Shown: one piece after another, positions 19,255 to 27,977 of the stretch
Numbering within the stretch: the first letter of the stretch is position 1
How the letters are laid out: each line of letters opens with the position of its first letter
Source: Verrucomicrobiota bacterium
GTDB lineage: Bacteria > Verrucomicrobiota > Verrucomicrobiia > Limisphaerales > UBA8199
Reading direction: 5' to 3'
Length of the DNA stretch: 64,000 bases
Assembly: GCA_049518415.1 (NCBI GenBank)
Contig: JBEKRX010000010.1
Location: 14,964-78,963 of the forward strand
The notes under the pieces: generated by a model
Seen by the model: the letters and a program-made list of their open reading frames with translations, nothing else
Database searches by the model: none
What the model was told of the DNA's origin: nothing
Position numbers and translations under genes: made by a program

Positions 19255-20469
19255 ATGCCGGAACGATACAAAGTCCTTTTGTCTGCCTACTCCTGCAGAC
19301 CTGGATACGGGTCCGAGTCAGGCATCGGCTGGAACATGGCGCTGGAGGTGGCCAAATCCCACGATGTCACCGTTCTGACCCGGCTGAGCAATCGGCCTCT
19401 GATCCAGCAGGGCCTGGACTCGCTGGCGCCAGGCACGCCGGTCCCGCGTTTTGCCTTTTTCGAGCATTCGCCCCTGGCCCTGCTCGCCAGAAGGTGGTTC
19501 CCCGGCCTTTCCTGGTGGTGCTACCAATCATGGCAAAGGCGCGCCCGCCCCGAGGTTGCACGGCTTCAGCGGCAGTTCCGGTTCGATCTCTTGCACCATG
19601 TCACCTGGACCTCCTACCGCTCCACCCCGGCCGTTTGGGGACAGGGCGTGCCCACGGTTTGGGGGCCGGTCGCGGGCGCCGCGGCCACACCCTGGGAGTT
19701 GCTGCCCTGGCGCTGGCCACGGGAACTGCTGCACGAAACGCTGCGAAACCTCAGCAACCGCAGGGCGACGGCTCGGCTCGCCAGCGCCGCCGATTTCTGC
19801 AGCGCCGTCCTGGTCTCCACCGAGGAAACCCGCCAAGCCTTCGCCCATTCAGGCGTAGCCACCTGGTTGGTCCCGGAAAACGGAATCCACCAAACCGCCT
19901 CTCCCCAACGGCACGCGACGCGACCCCGTCTAAGGCTCCTGTTTGCCGGCCGCCTTCGCTTCTACAAAGGCGTTCACTTGGCCCTGCAGGCCCTGAAAAC
20001 GGCCGGCGTCGGAGCCGAATTGGCTGTCTTCGGCGACGGCCCCCTGCGGCGGCAAATGCAGCTTCTGGCCCGGCAGCTCGGCTTGGGTTCCCAAGTGCAA
20101 TTTCACGGATGGGTGCCGCGCGACACCTTGCTCAAGCTCTATGCCGAGTTTGACGTTTTCCTTTTCCCAAGCCTCCATGATGGCGTCTGCCAGGCACTGC
20201 TCGAGGCCATGGCCTGCGGGTTGCCCGTGATCTGCCTCAACTGCGGCGGGCCCGGCCAAGTCGTGGCCGAAGGGTGCGGCTTCAAAATACCCCTCAGCCG
20301 CCTTGAGGAGATGGTCGGCGGCCTCGCCCAAGCCATCGCCTGCTACGACCAGCACCGGGAGTTGGTCGCCGTGCATGGCCTCAATGCCTGGCGGCACGCG
20401 ATGCAGCAATACAGGTGGGCTCGACTGGGAGAGCAAATCCACGCCGTCTATCAGCATGTCCTCGGCTGA
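19255..20469 (+). CDS. GT4-family glycosyltransferase
   Basis: The start was re-picked at ATG 19255 (MPERYKVLLSAYSCRPGYGSESGIGW). The C-terminal EAMACGLPVICLNCGGPGQVV matches the GT4 E-x7-E region. Confidence 0.75.
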   Translation: MPERYKVLLSAYSCRPGYGSESGIGWNMALEVAKSHDVTVLTRLSNRPLIQQGLDSLAPGTPVPRFAFFEHSPLALLARRWFPGLSWWCYQSWQRRARPEVARLQRQFRFDLLHHVTWTSYRSTPAVWGQGVPTVWGPVAGAAATPWELLPWRWPRELLHETLRNLSNRRATARLASAADFCSAVLVSTEETRQAFAHSGVATWLVPENGIHQTASPQRHATRPRLRLLFAGRLRFYKGVHLALQALKTAGVGAELAVFGDGPLRRQMQLLARQLGLGSQVQFHGWVPRDTLLKLYAEFDVFLFPSLHDGVCQALLEAMACGLPVICLNCGGPGQVVAEGCGFKIPLSRLEEMVGGLAQAIACYDQHRELVAVHGLNAWRHAMQQYRWARLGEQIHAVYQHVLG

Positions 20470-20567
20470 AACCGACTGCTTGCTCTTTCTGCCGTTGCCT
20501 CGCTCACGGCCTTTCTGCCAGACTGAATCAGAGGTGGGGGACGGTCCCCACGCTTAGGCTGCTCAAC

Positions 20568-21374
20568 ATGCCAGCACCCATCAAGCCGAGTAGTATGGCG
20601 CCTTGCAGTATTCCTCTCACCGAGTCACGCAGCGTGCTGGGGATGCGGGTGGACGCAACTTGTTATGAAGCGGTGACGCAACACGTTGTGCGGTGGGCCA
20701 GAGCGCGCGAGTCTCGTTACCTTTGCGAAGCTCCGGTCCAGATGGTCATGGAGGCCTACGACCACCCGGATTACCGGCAGGCCATTAACCAGGCCGACGT
20801 GGTGGCGCCTGGCGGCATGCCCATCGTCTGGACCCTCCGCGCGCTGGGACTGCGGCAACAGCCCAGGGTCTATGGCCCGGAGATGACCTTGCGCGTCTGT
20901 CAAGCGGCCGCGGCCGAGGGCATCCCCATCGGCTTTTACGGAGCTACCCACGCCACCTTGCGCCTCCTCCGCGACCGCCTGCGGGAACGAAATCCCGGAC
21001 TCAACGTGGCTTATGCTTATGCCCCGCCCTTCCGCCCCTTGACTGCCGACGAAGATGGGGCCGTCGTCCGGCAAATCAACGATTCGGGCTGTCGCATCCT
21101 CTTTGTGGGCTTGGGCTGCCCAAAACAGGAGCGGTGGATGGCCCAACATCGAGGGAGAGTCCTGGCGGTTATGCTCGGCGTGGGGGCGGCGTTCGACTTT
21201 ATTGCCGGCGTCAAGAAACAGGCGCCGGCCAAAATGCAGCAACTCGGATTGGAATGGTTGTTCCGGCTGGCCACCGAGCCGCGCCGGCTCTGGTTCCGTT
21301 ACCTCTATCACAATCCCCGCTTCCTGGTCCTGATCGGCCTGCAATTGCTTAAGCACAGAGACTCCAGGGTTTAA
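20568..21374 (+). CDS. WecB/TagA/CpsF-family (GT26) glycosyltransferase
   Basis: The start was re-picked at ATG 20568. The motifs are ADVVAPGGMPIVW, RVYGPEM, FVGLGCPKQERW, GVGAAFDFIAG and LEWLFRLATEPRRLW. Confidence 0.8.
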   Translation: MPAPIKPSSMAPCSIPLTESRSVLGMRVDATCYEAVTQHVVRWARARESRYLCEAPVQMVMEAYDHPDYRQAINQADVVAPGGMPIVWTLRALGLRQQPRVYGPEMTLRVCQAAAAEGIPIGFYGATHATLRLLRDRLRERNPGLNVAYAYAPPFRPLTADEDGAVVRQINDSGCRILFVGLGCPKQERWMAQHRGRVLAVMLGVGAAFDFIAGVKKQAPAKMQQLGLEWLFRLATEPRRLWFRYLYHNPRFLVLIGLQLLKHRDSRV

Positions 21375-21604
21375 GAGAGCCCCCCAAGTCCCACCTTGCC
21401 CTCGTCCTCGCCGGCGGCGGCGGCTCGAAAGTGCCGCCGGGCACGCTGGCCGCAAGCAGGCCTGGCGCCGTGGAGCGGTGGTTGGTTTCTTCGCGCTGAT
21501 ACTTCGGGCTGGCGGCCGAGAAGGGGCCTTTGAGCCCTGCAAATTCCACTCCCTGCGGGCGGAGGCGAAGGCCGCGTTTGCGGCGGCGCGCCAAAGGGCG
21601 CCCC

Positions 21605-23527
21605 TTATTGGATGCCGACCAGCACCCCTTTTCTGAACACCAGCGTGTGGGTGGTCAACCCCGGCCCCAGCACGGTGAGATTGGTCGACAGTCCGGCGGC
21701 CGGAGTGGCTTTGAATAACTGCACCGAACTGGCCGGCACTGTGTTCGTCCAGGACCCGCTATAGGTTCCCAAAGTGCTCTGCGCCCACAAATCCCGGAGG
21801 GTGATCGGCTCGTCGGGGCCTGCCCCCAGCAGGTTCCAGTTGACCACCAGGTCCTGGTTGGTGCCGGACCAATTGGCCAGCGCAATCGCCTTTGCGCCCG
21901 TCCCGCCGCCCCCCAGCGGCTTGACCCAGACCTCGGCCAAATTGTTGGACCAAACGATGCTGCCACAAATCGCCGCCGGGTCCTGGTGAATGGCCATGAC
22001 CTCCTGGTTGGTCAGGGCCGGAAGCTGGGAGTCGTGCCAGTCGCCGGACACCAGCATGCTGCTGGTCATCGCGCAGAGGGAAACGGCCGCTCGTTGCGTG
22101 CCCGGGCTTAATAAATAGTTAACCATGGCCCCGTTAAAAAAGTAGTGGCCCGGTCCAATCATGGCATTGTAGGGCGGTTGTGCGATCAAGGTCGCGGCAG
22201 AGACGATGACGCCCACGTCGTCATGATAACCTTGATTGACGCAACCAATATACCCGTTGGCCTCGTACTGAACTTCCCACGGCTGCGGCCAGGCCAGGAT
22301 GACGACGAAAAGAGACATGTCCCGATGCGAGTTGAGAATCGCATTGCCGGCCGAACGCAGGACTTGTTCCCCGTACAGCTCCGCCCCGCCGGGGCCGGCG
22401 GGGGGCTCGGTGCAGGCATCGAGGTCCAGAGCATCCATTCCCCAGGAGGCAAACAAGTTCACGTCTTGTTGCATATGGGCGGCATCCGAGCCCGGAAAGC
22501 CCAGGCAGGTCACTGGGCCAAACGACGAATAGATGCCCACCTTGAACCCCAGGCCGTGCAGATAATTGACCAAATCCGCCATGCCCGAGGGGAATCGGCT
22601 CGAGTCGGCCTGCAAATTGCCCTCGCTGTCGCGGCTGGGCGCCTGCCAGCCATCATCGATCCATATCTGATTCCAGCCCGCTGCCTTCAATCCGTTGGTC
22701 GCCCATCTTTGGGCCAGCGCGCGAACAAAGGCGTCGGTGAGTAACGCCGGGCTGTAGTTGCCCAAATCATAGTAGGTGTCGTAAACCATGGGGGGCGTCG
22801 GCGCAAAACGCGCCAGGGCCCCCGGCGCTACCGGCAGGTTGGTCAATTCCATCCCGTTGCCAATAAAATTGCCCGAGGCCAGGGTGTTGATCGTCGCGCT
22901 CCCGATGGTGGCAGTGGCCAGCGTGGCATTGGCGGCCAGGTTGGTGCCCAGCCCAGGCGGCAACTGGCTTAATCCAAGTGTCCCAGTCAGATTGGTGGCG
23001 GGGATGGGTGGCAGGCGCGCCAGCGGGATCGTGCCCACGAGGTTGGCCGCCGGGATGTTCGTCAGCAGCGCCCCGCCATTCACCAGGTTGGTCGCCGCCC
23101 CGGCCACGGCCGCCGCGCCGGCGAAGGTGGCGTAGGGCGTGCCGGCCAGCAGTTGGCGCGGGTTCAACACCGTATAAGCCGAGCCGTTGCCGTTGCTCCG
23201 CACACCGATCTCCAGCCAGCGCGGCGGACCGTTGAACACCCCGCTGCCAAAATCCATGGCGACCGTGAAAAGTCCGTTGGCGACCGGCACCGGGGCATTG
23301 GTGAGCGTAGCGCCAAGGTAGTTGCCATTAGCGGCGGCGTCCGCCAGCCGGAATTGGAAATCGTAGCTCCCGTTGGCGGCTTGGCCGGCGTCCAGCAACT
23401 GGCCCTGGTAGGTGAACGCCGAGTTTTGGGCGGAGCTGCTCACCGGCGCAACCACCAGACAAATCAGCAGCCACAACAGTGTTTCCCGGCCTGCACCGCC
23501 CTCGTTTCTTAAGACTTGCTCGCGCAT
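21605..23527 (-). CDS. GH27-like alpha-galactosidase/alpha-N-acetylgalactosaminidase catalytic domain fused to a tail-fibre-like N-terminal module
   Basis: GH27 motifs are IWIDDGWQ, RFPSGMADLVNYLHGLGFKVGIY and WGMDALDLDAC. The N-terminal roughly 200 aa carry FTYQGQLLDAGQAANGSYDFQFRL...NGLFTV..DFG...RWLEIGVR and IPAANLVGTIPLARL / ATNLTGTLGLSQL repeats. Confidence 0.7.
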   Translation of the reverse strand: MREQVLRNEGGAGRETLLWLLICLVVAPVSSSAQNSAFTYQGQLLDAGQAANGSYDFQFRLADAAANGNYLGATLTNAPVPVANGLFTVAMDFGSGVFNGPPRWLEIGVRSNGNGSAYTVLNPRQLLAGTPYATFAGAAAVAGAATNLVNGGALLTNIPAANLVGTIPLARLPPIPATNLTGTLGLSQLPPGLGTNLAANATLATATIGSATINTLASGNFIGNGMELTNLPVAPGALARFAPTPPMVYDTYYDLGNYSPALLTDAFVRALAQRWATNGLKAAGWNQIWIDDGWQAPSRDSEGNLQADSSRFPSGMADLVNYLHGLGFKVGIYSSFGPVTCLGFPGSDAAHMQQDVNLFASWGMDALDLDACTEPPAGPGGAELYGEQVLRSAGNAILNSHRDMSLFVVILAWPQPWEVQYEANGYIGCVNQGYHDDVGVIVSAATLIAQPPYNAMIGPGHYFFNGAMVNYLLSPGTQRAAVSLCAMTSSMLVSGDWHDSQLPALTNQEVMAIHQDPAAICGSIVWSNNLAEVWVKPLGGGGTGAKAIALANWSGTNQDLVVNWNLLGAGPDEPITLRDLWAQSTLGTYSGSWTNTVPASSVQLFKATPAAGLSTNLTVLGPGLTTHTLVFRKGVLVGIQ

Positions 23528-23860
23528 TCTTGGGTCTCCTCTCCAATCATTTGTGGATCAACAGGCAGAGCAGTAGCAAACCGGCCAACCACCGTCAAGG
23601 GCCGGGCCGTAACGCAAAGCCACGGACGCAAAGCGCGTGAACACCAAACCCGCGTTGATCGTCTGAGTTGCTTATCAGGCCAGCGCGATTGTCCGCCAGG
23701 TCCGCAGACAAAGCTGTGGACGTATGGGGGCGAACCCTTCAAGCTCCATGGACGCGGGCTCATTGGGGCCGACGGCAGGGGTGGAACCGGCAAGCCGGAG
23801 GCTTGCCGGGACTGCCGCAAGCCGGAAGCTTGCGCCCTCACCCGGTGCGGAACCTGATTT

Positions 23861-24889
<1,029 letters not shown>

Positions 24890-24894
24890 TTCCC

Positions 24895-25773
24895 GTGACC
24901 CTGCTCGAGCGAGTCCACCAGGAGGTCATTGAACGCCTGGGCAACGTCAGCGTCACGGCGCGGCAGGCCGTCGAAAGCGTCCTCGCCGGCCAGCACCGCT
25001 CGGTGCGCCGCGGCCTCTCGGTCGAGTTCGCCGGGCATCGCGAATACCAGCCCGGGGACGACCTGCGGCACCTCGATTGGCTTGTCTATGCCCGGAGCGA
25101 CCGTTACGACATCCGCCAGTACGAAGAGGAAACCAAACTGCGCGCCACCATCATTCTGGACACCTCCGGCTCGATGGGCTATGCCTCCGGCCGCCAAAGC
25201 AAGCTCGCCTACGCCCAGGCCCTGACCGCCGCCCTGGGCTTTCTCATGATCCGCCAGAGCGATGCGGTGGGCCTGGTCGCCTGCGACACTGCCGTCCGCC
25301 ACTTCATCCCGCCCGGCTCGACCATGGCCCATTTTCTCAACGTCCTGGCGGCGCTGGAGAAAACCGCCCCGGGCAACGAGACCAGCCTGGCGCCGGTGCT
25401 GGAGGAAATCGCGGGCCGGCTCCACCGCCGCGGCCTGGTCATCCTGATCACCGACACGTTCGACGATCCCAAGGCCTTGCTGAAAGCGATCCAGTACCTG
25501 CGCTATCGCAAGCAGGAGGTGCGGCTGTTTCAAATCCTGGATGCGCAGGAGCAGAGCTTTCCGTTCCAGGGCATGATCGAGTTTATCGGCCTGGAGCAGG
25601 AGCCGAGGCTCAAGCTGGATGGCGACCGGGTGCGGGCGCATTACCGGCGCGTCTTCCAGGAGCATCAACAGCGCCTCCAGTCCGGCTGTCATGCTTGTGG
25701 CGTGCAGATGGAAACCTGCTGGACCCAGGAAGAGCTCTTCACGGTGCTCATCCGCGCGCTCACCTGGCAATGA
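24895..25773 (+). CDS. DUF58 domain protein (MoxR partner, VWA-like)
   Basis: GTG start at 24895, 6 nt after the MoxR stop. The motifs are GLSVEFAGHREYQPGDDLRHLDW and ILDTSGSMGY. The long upstream extension in the track overlaps moxR and is rejected. Confidence 0.8.
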   Translation: MTLLERVHQEVIERLGNVSVTARQAVESVLAGQHRSVRRGLSVEFAGHREYQPGDDLRHLDWLVYARSDRYDIRQYEEETKLRATIILDTSGSMGYASGRQSKLAYAQALTAALGFLMIRQSDAVGLVACDTAVRHFIPPGSTMAHFLNVLAALEKTAPGNETSLAPVLEEIAGRLHRRGLVILITDTFDDPKALLKAIQYLRYRKQEVRLFQILDAQEQSFPFQGMIEFIGLEQEPRLKLDGDRVRAHYRRVFQEHQQRLQSGCHACGVQMETCWTQEELFTVLIRALTWQ

Positions 25774-27968
25774 TTGAGTTTCTCAATCCCTTCCTCTTCG
25801 GCGGCCTGGCGGCCATGTCCGCCCCGCTGATTATTCACCTGTTGCACCGCCGTAAGATCAAGCAGGTGGATTGGGGCGCCATGCGGTTCCTGCTCCAAAT
25901 GCTCGCCCAGCGCCGCCGCCGGCTCTTGCTGGATGAACTCCTGCTCCTGTTGGCCCGCGTCCTCCTGGTCGGCTGTGTCGCCCTGGCCATGGTGCGCCCG
26001 GCCTTTCACCGCCCAACCGGCCCCAACGGCGCGCCCGGCCTCACTCGCCAGGGCCGCACGGCGGCGGTTTTGCTCATCGATGACAGCATCTCGTCCGCCG
26101 CCGGCCGCGCCCAGCCCGCCCTCGAGAGCATGAAGAAACTGGGGTTGGCCTACCTCGACTCCCTGGCCCCCGGCGACGAGTTGAGCGTGTTGCTGATGTC
26201 GCAACTGGGCGCCCCCGCCGGCGATCCGCTCTTCGACATCGAAGGCCTCAAAGCTCACCTGGCCAGTCTCAAGCCCGCTTACGTGGCCACGGACATCCCC
26301 GCCTTGCTGGAGGCCGGCCTGAACCAGTTGAAACGCCACATCAACCCGGGCGCCGAGCTGGTCCTGCTGACCGATGGCCGCAAGGATGGCTGGCACGAGG
26401 AAGACCAAGTGCGCTGGGAGGAGTTGCGCGAGCGCCTGCGCGGTCCCCCAAATGCCCCCCTGGGCACCCGGCCACGGCCGCAAGTCATCCTCCTCTCGCC
26501 CGAGGCGGCGCCCATCGACGACAACCTGGCCATTACCGATCTTGGCCTGGACCGCACGCTTGTCTCCGTCGGCCGGCCGGCCGGTCTGCGCGTCACCGTG
26601 GCCAATTACGGCAAACAGGCCAACCGCCAGGCCACCGTCCAGGCCACCGTCAACGGCCAGGTCATCGGCTCCAAACCGGTGGAGATTCCCACCGGCCGCC
26701 GGCAGGAGGTGGTCTTCACCCACACCTTCGAGGCCGCCGGCAGCTATGCCGTCGAGGCCGCCCTGGTCAATCACCAGGACCTCCTGCCCGCCGACGACCG
26801 CCGCGCCTTGTCCATCCAGGTCGAGGCCAGCCTGCCGGTCTTGCTGGTGGATGGCGCCAACGCCCCCGCCGGGCTGCAGAGCAAGCTGGGCTTCCTGGAT
26901 TATGCCTTGGACCCCGAGCTGAACGGCCGCGGCCCATTCCGAGTGACGCGCATTTCGCTCGCTCAATTTACCCCCTCCCTCCTGCCGGATTACCGGGTGG
27001 TGGCGCTGGGCGACCTGCCCGTGTTGGAGCCGGCGATGGTGGATGCCCTCGAGCGCTTTGTCGTGGGCGGCGGCGGCGTGCTGGTCGGCCTGGGGCCGGA
27101 CAGCGATTTGGCCCTCATCAACCGCTATTGGGCCCGCAATGGCGAGGGCTTTCTGCCCTGCCCCCTCGACCCCCCGGTCGCGCCCCCTAAACCCGCCCTC
27201 CCCGCCGCCCTCAGCCCTGGACACCCGGTCTTCAGCGGTTTTAGCTCCAAAAGCGACGAGGCCTGGAAAGCCGCCAAGGTCAGGGCCTACTTCAAGCTCC
27301 AGGCCGGCAAGGTCAAGCCCGCCGAGCTGGACATCCTGCTGAAAATGGACAACGACGATGCCCTGCTGGTCGAACGCCGGCGCGGGCTGGGGCTGGTGAC
27401 GTTGCTGGCCACGAGCCTGAACGCGGATTGGAGCGACCTCCCCTTGCAGGCGGCCTACGTGCCGCTCATGCGCGGCGTGGTCGGACACCTGGGCAACTTC
27501 GTCATGCCGCCCAGAAACCTCCTGCCCGGCGACCAGATCATTTACGCCCGCGTGCAGGATCCGACCAAACCGATGTCCGGCGAAGACCCCCAGGGCAAGC
27601 CCTTGAAGCTCACCCTGGGCGCTTGGGAAGGGCGCAACGCCGTCCTGAGCGACCCCCTCATGGAGCCGGGCGTCTATCTGCTGCGCGACCCCCTCCAACC
27701 CAACCCCATTCGCTATGCCGTCGCCCTGGCCCCGGCCGAGAGCGCCTTGCTGCCCATCAGCGACCGCCAGATGGCCCAGACCCTCCAGAGCGGCCTGAGC
27801 CTGTTTCATAACCCCGACCAAATCGCCGCAAACCTCGACCCCGCCCGCCGCCAATCGGTCGAACTGTGGAAGTGGTGCCTGGCGGCCGCGCTCCTGTTGA
27901 TGTTTGTCGAAGGCTGGCTGGCGCGGCGCGAAGCCGGAGCGCAGAGCGCCAGTTCTGCGCCAGCCTGA
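25770..27968 (+). CDS. BatA-type N-terminal double-TM protein with VWA-like and GATase1-like domains
   Basis: ATG 25770 overlaps the DUF58 stop (ATGA). The N-terminus MIEFLNPFLFGGLAAMSAPLIIHLLHRRK is the aerotolerance BatA-type signature. Also present are LLIDDSISS and VVALGDLPVLEPAMVDALERFVVGGGGVLVGLG. Confidence 0.7.
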   Translation: MIEFLNPFLFGGLAAMSAPLIIHLLHRRKIKQVDWGAMRFLLQMLAQRRRRLLLDELLLLLARVLLVGCVALAMVRPAFHRPTGPNGAPGLTRQGRTAAVLLIDDSISSAAGRAQPALESMKKLGLAYLDSLAPGDELSVLLMSQLGAPAGDPLFDIEGLKAHLASLKPAYVATDIPALLEAGLNQLKRHINPGAELVLLTDGRKDGWHEEDQVRWEELRERLRGPPNAPLGTRPRPQVILLSPEAAPIDDNLAITDLGLDRTLVSVGRPAGLRVTVANYGKQANRQATVQATVNGQVIGSKPVEIPTGRRQEVVFTHTFEAAGSYAVEAALVNHQDLLPADDRRALSIQVEASLPVLLVDGANAPAGLQSKLGFLDYALDPELNGRGPFRVTRISLAQFTPSLLPDYRVVALGDLPVLEPAMVDALERFVVGGGGVLVGLGPDSDLALINRYWARNGEGFLPCPLDPPVAPPKPALPAALSPGHPVFSGFSSKSDEAWKAAKVRAYFKLQAGKVKPAELDILLKMDNDDALLVERRRGLGLVTLLATSLNADWSDLPLQAAYVPLMRGVVGHLGNFVMPPRNLLPGDQIIYARVQDPTKPMSGEDPQGKPLKLTLGAWEGRNAVLSDPLMEPGVYLLRDPLQPNPIRYAVALAPAESALLPISDRQMAQTLQSGLSLFHNPDQIAANLDPARRQSVELWKWCLAAALLLMFVEGWLARREAGAQSASSAPA

Positions 27969-27977
27969 GCCGTAATC

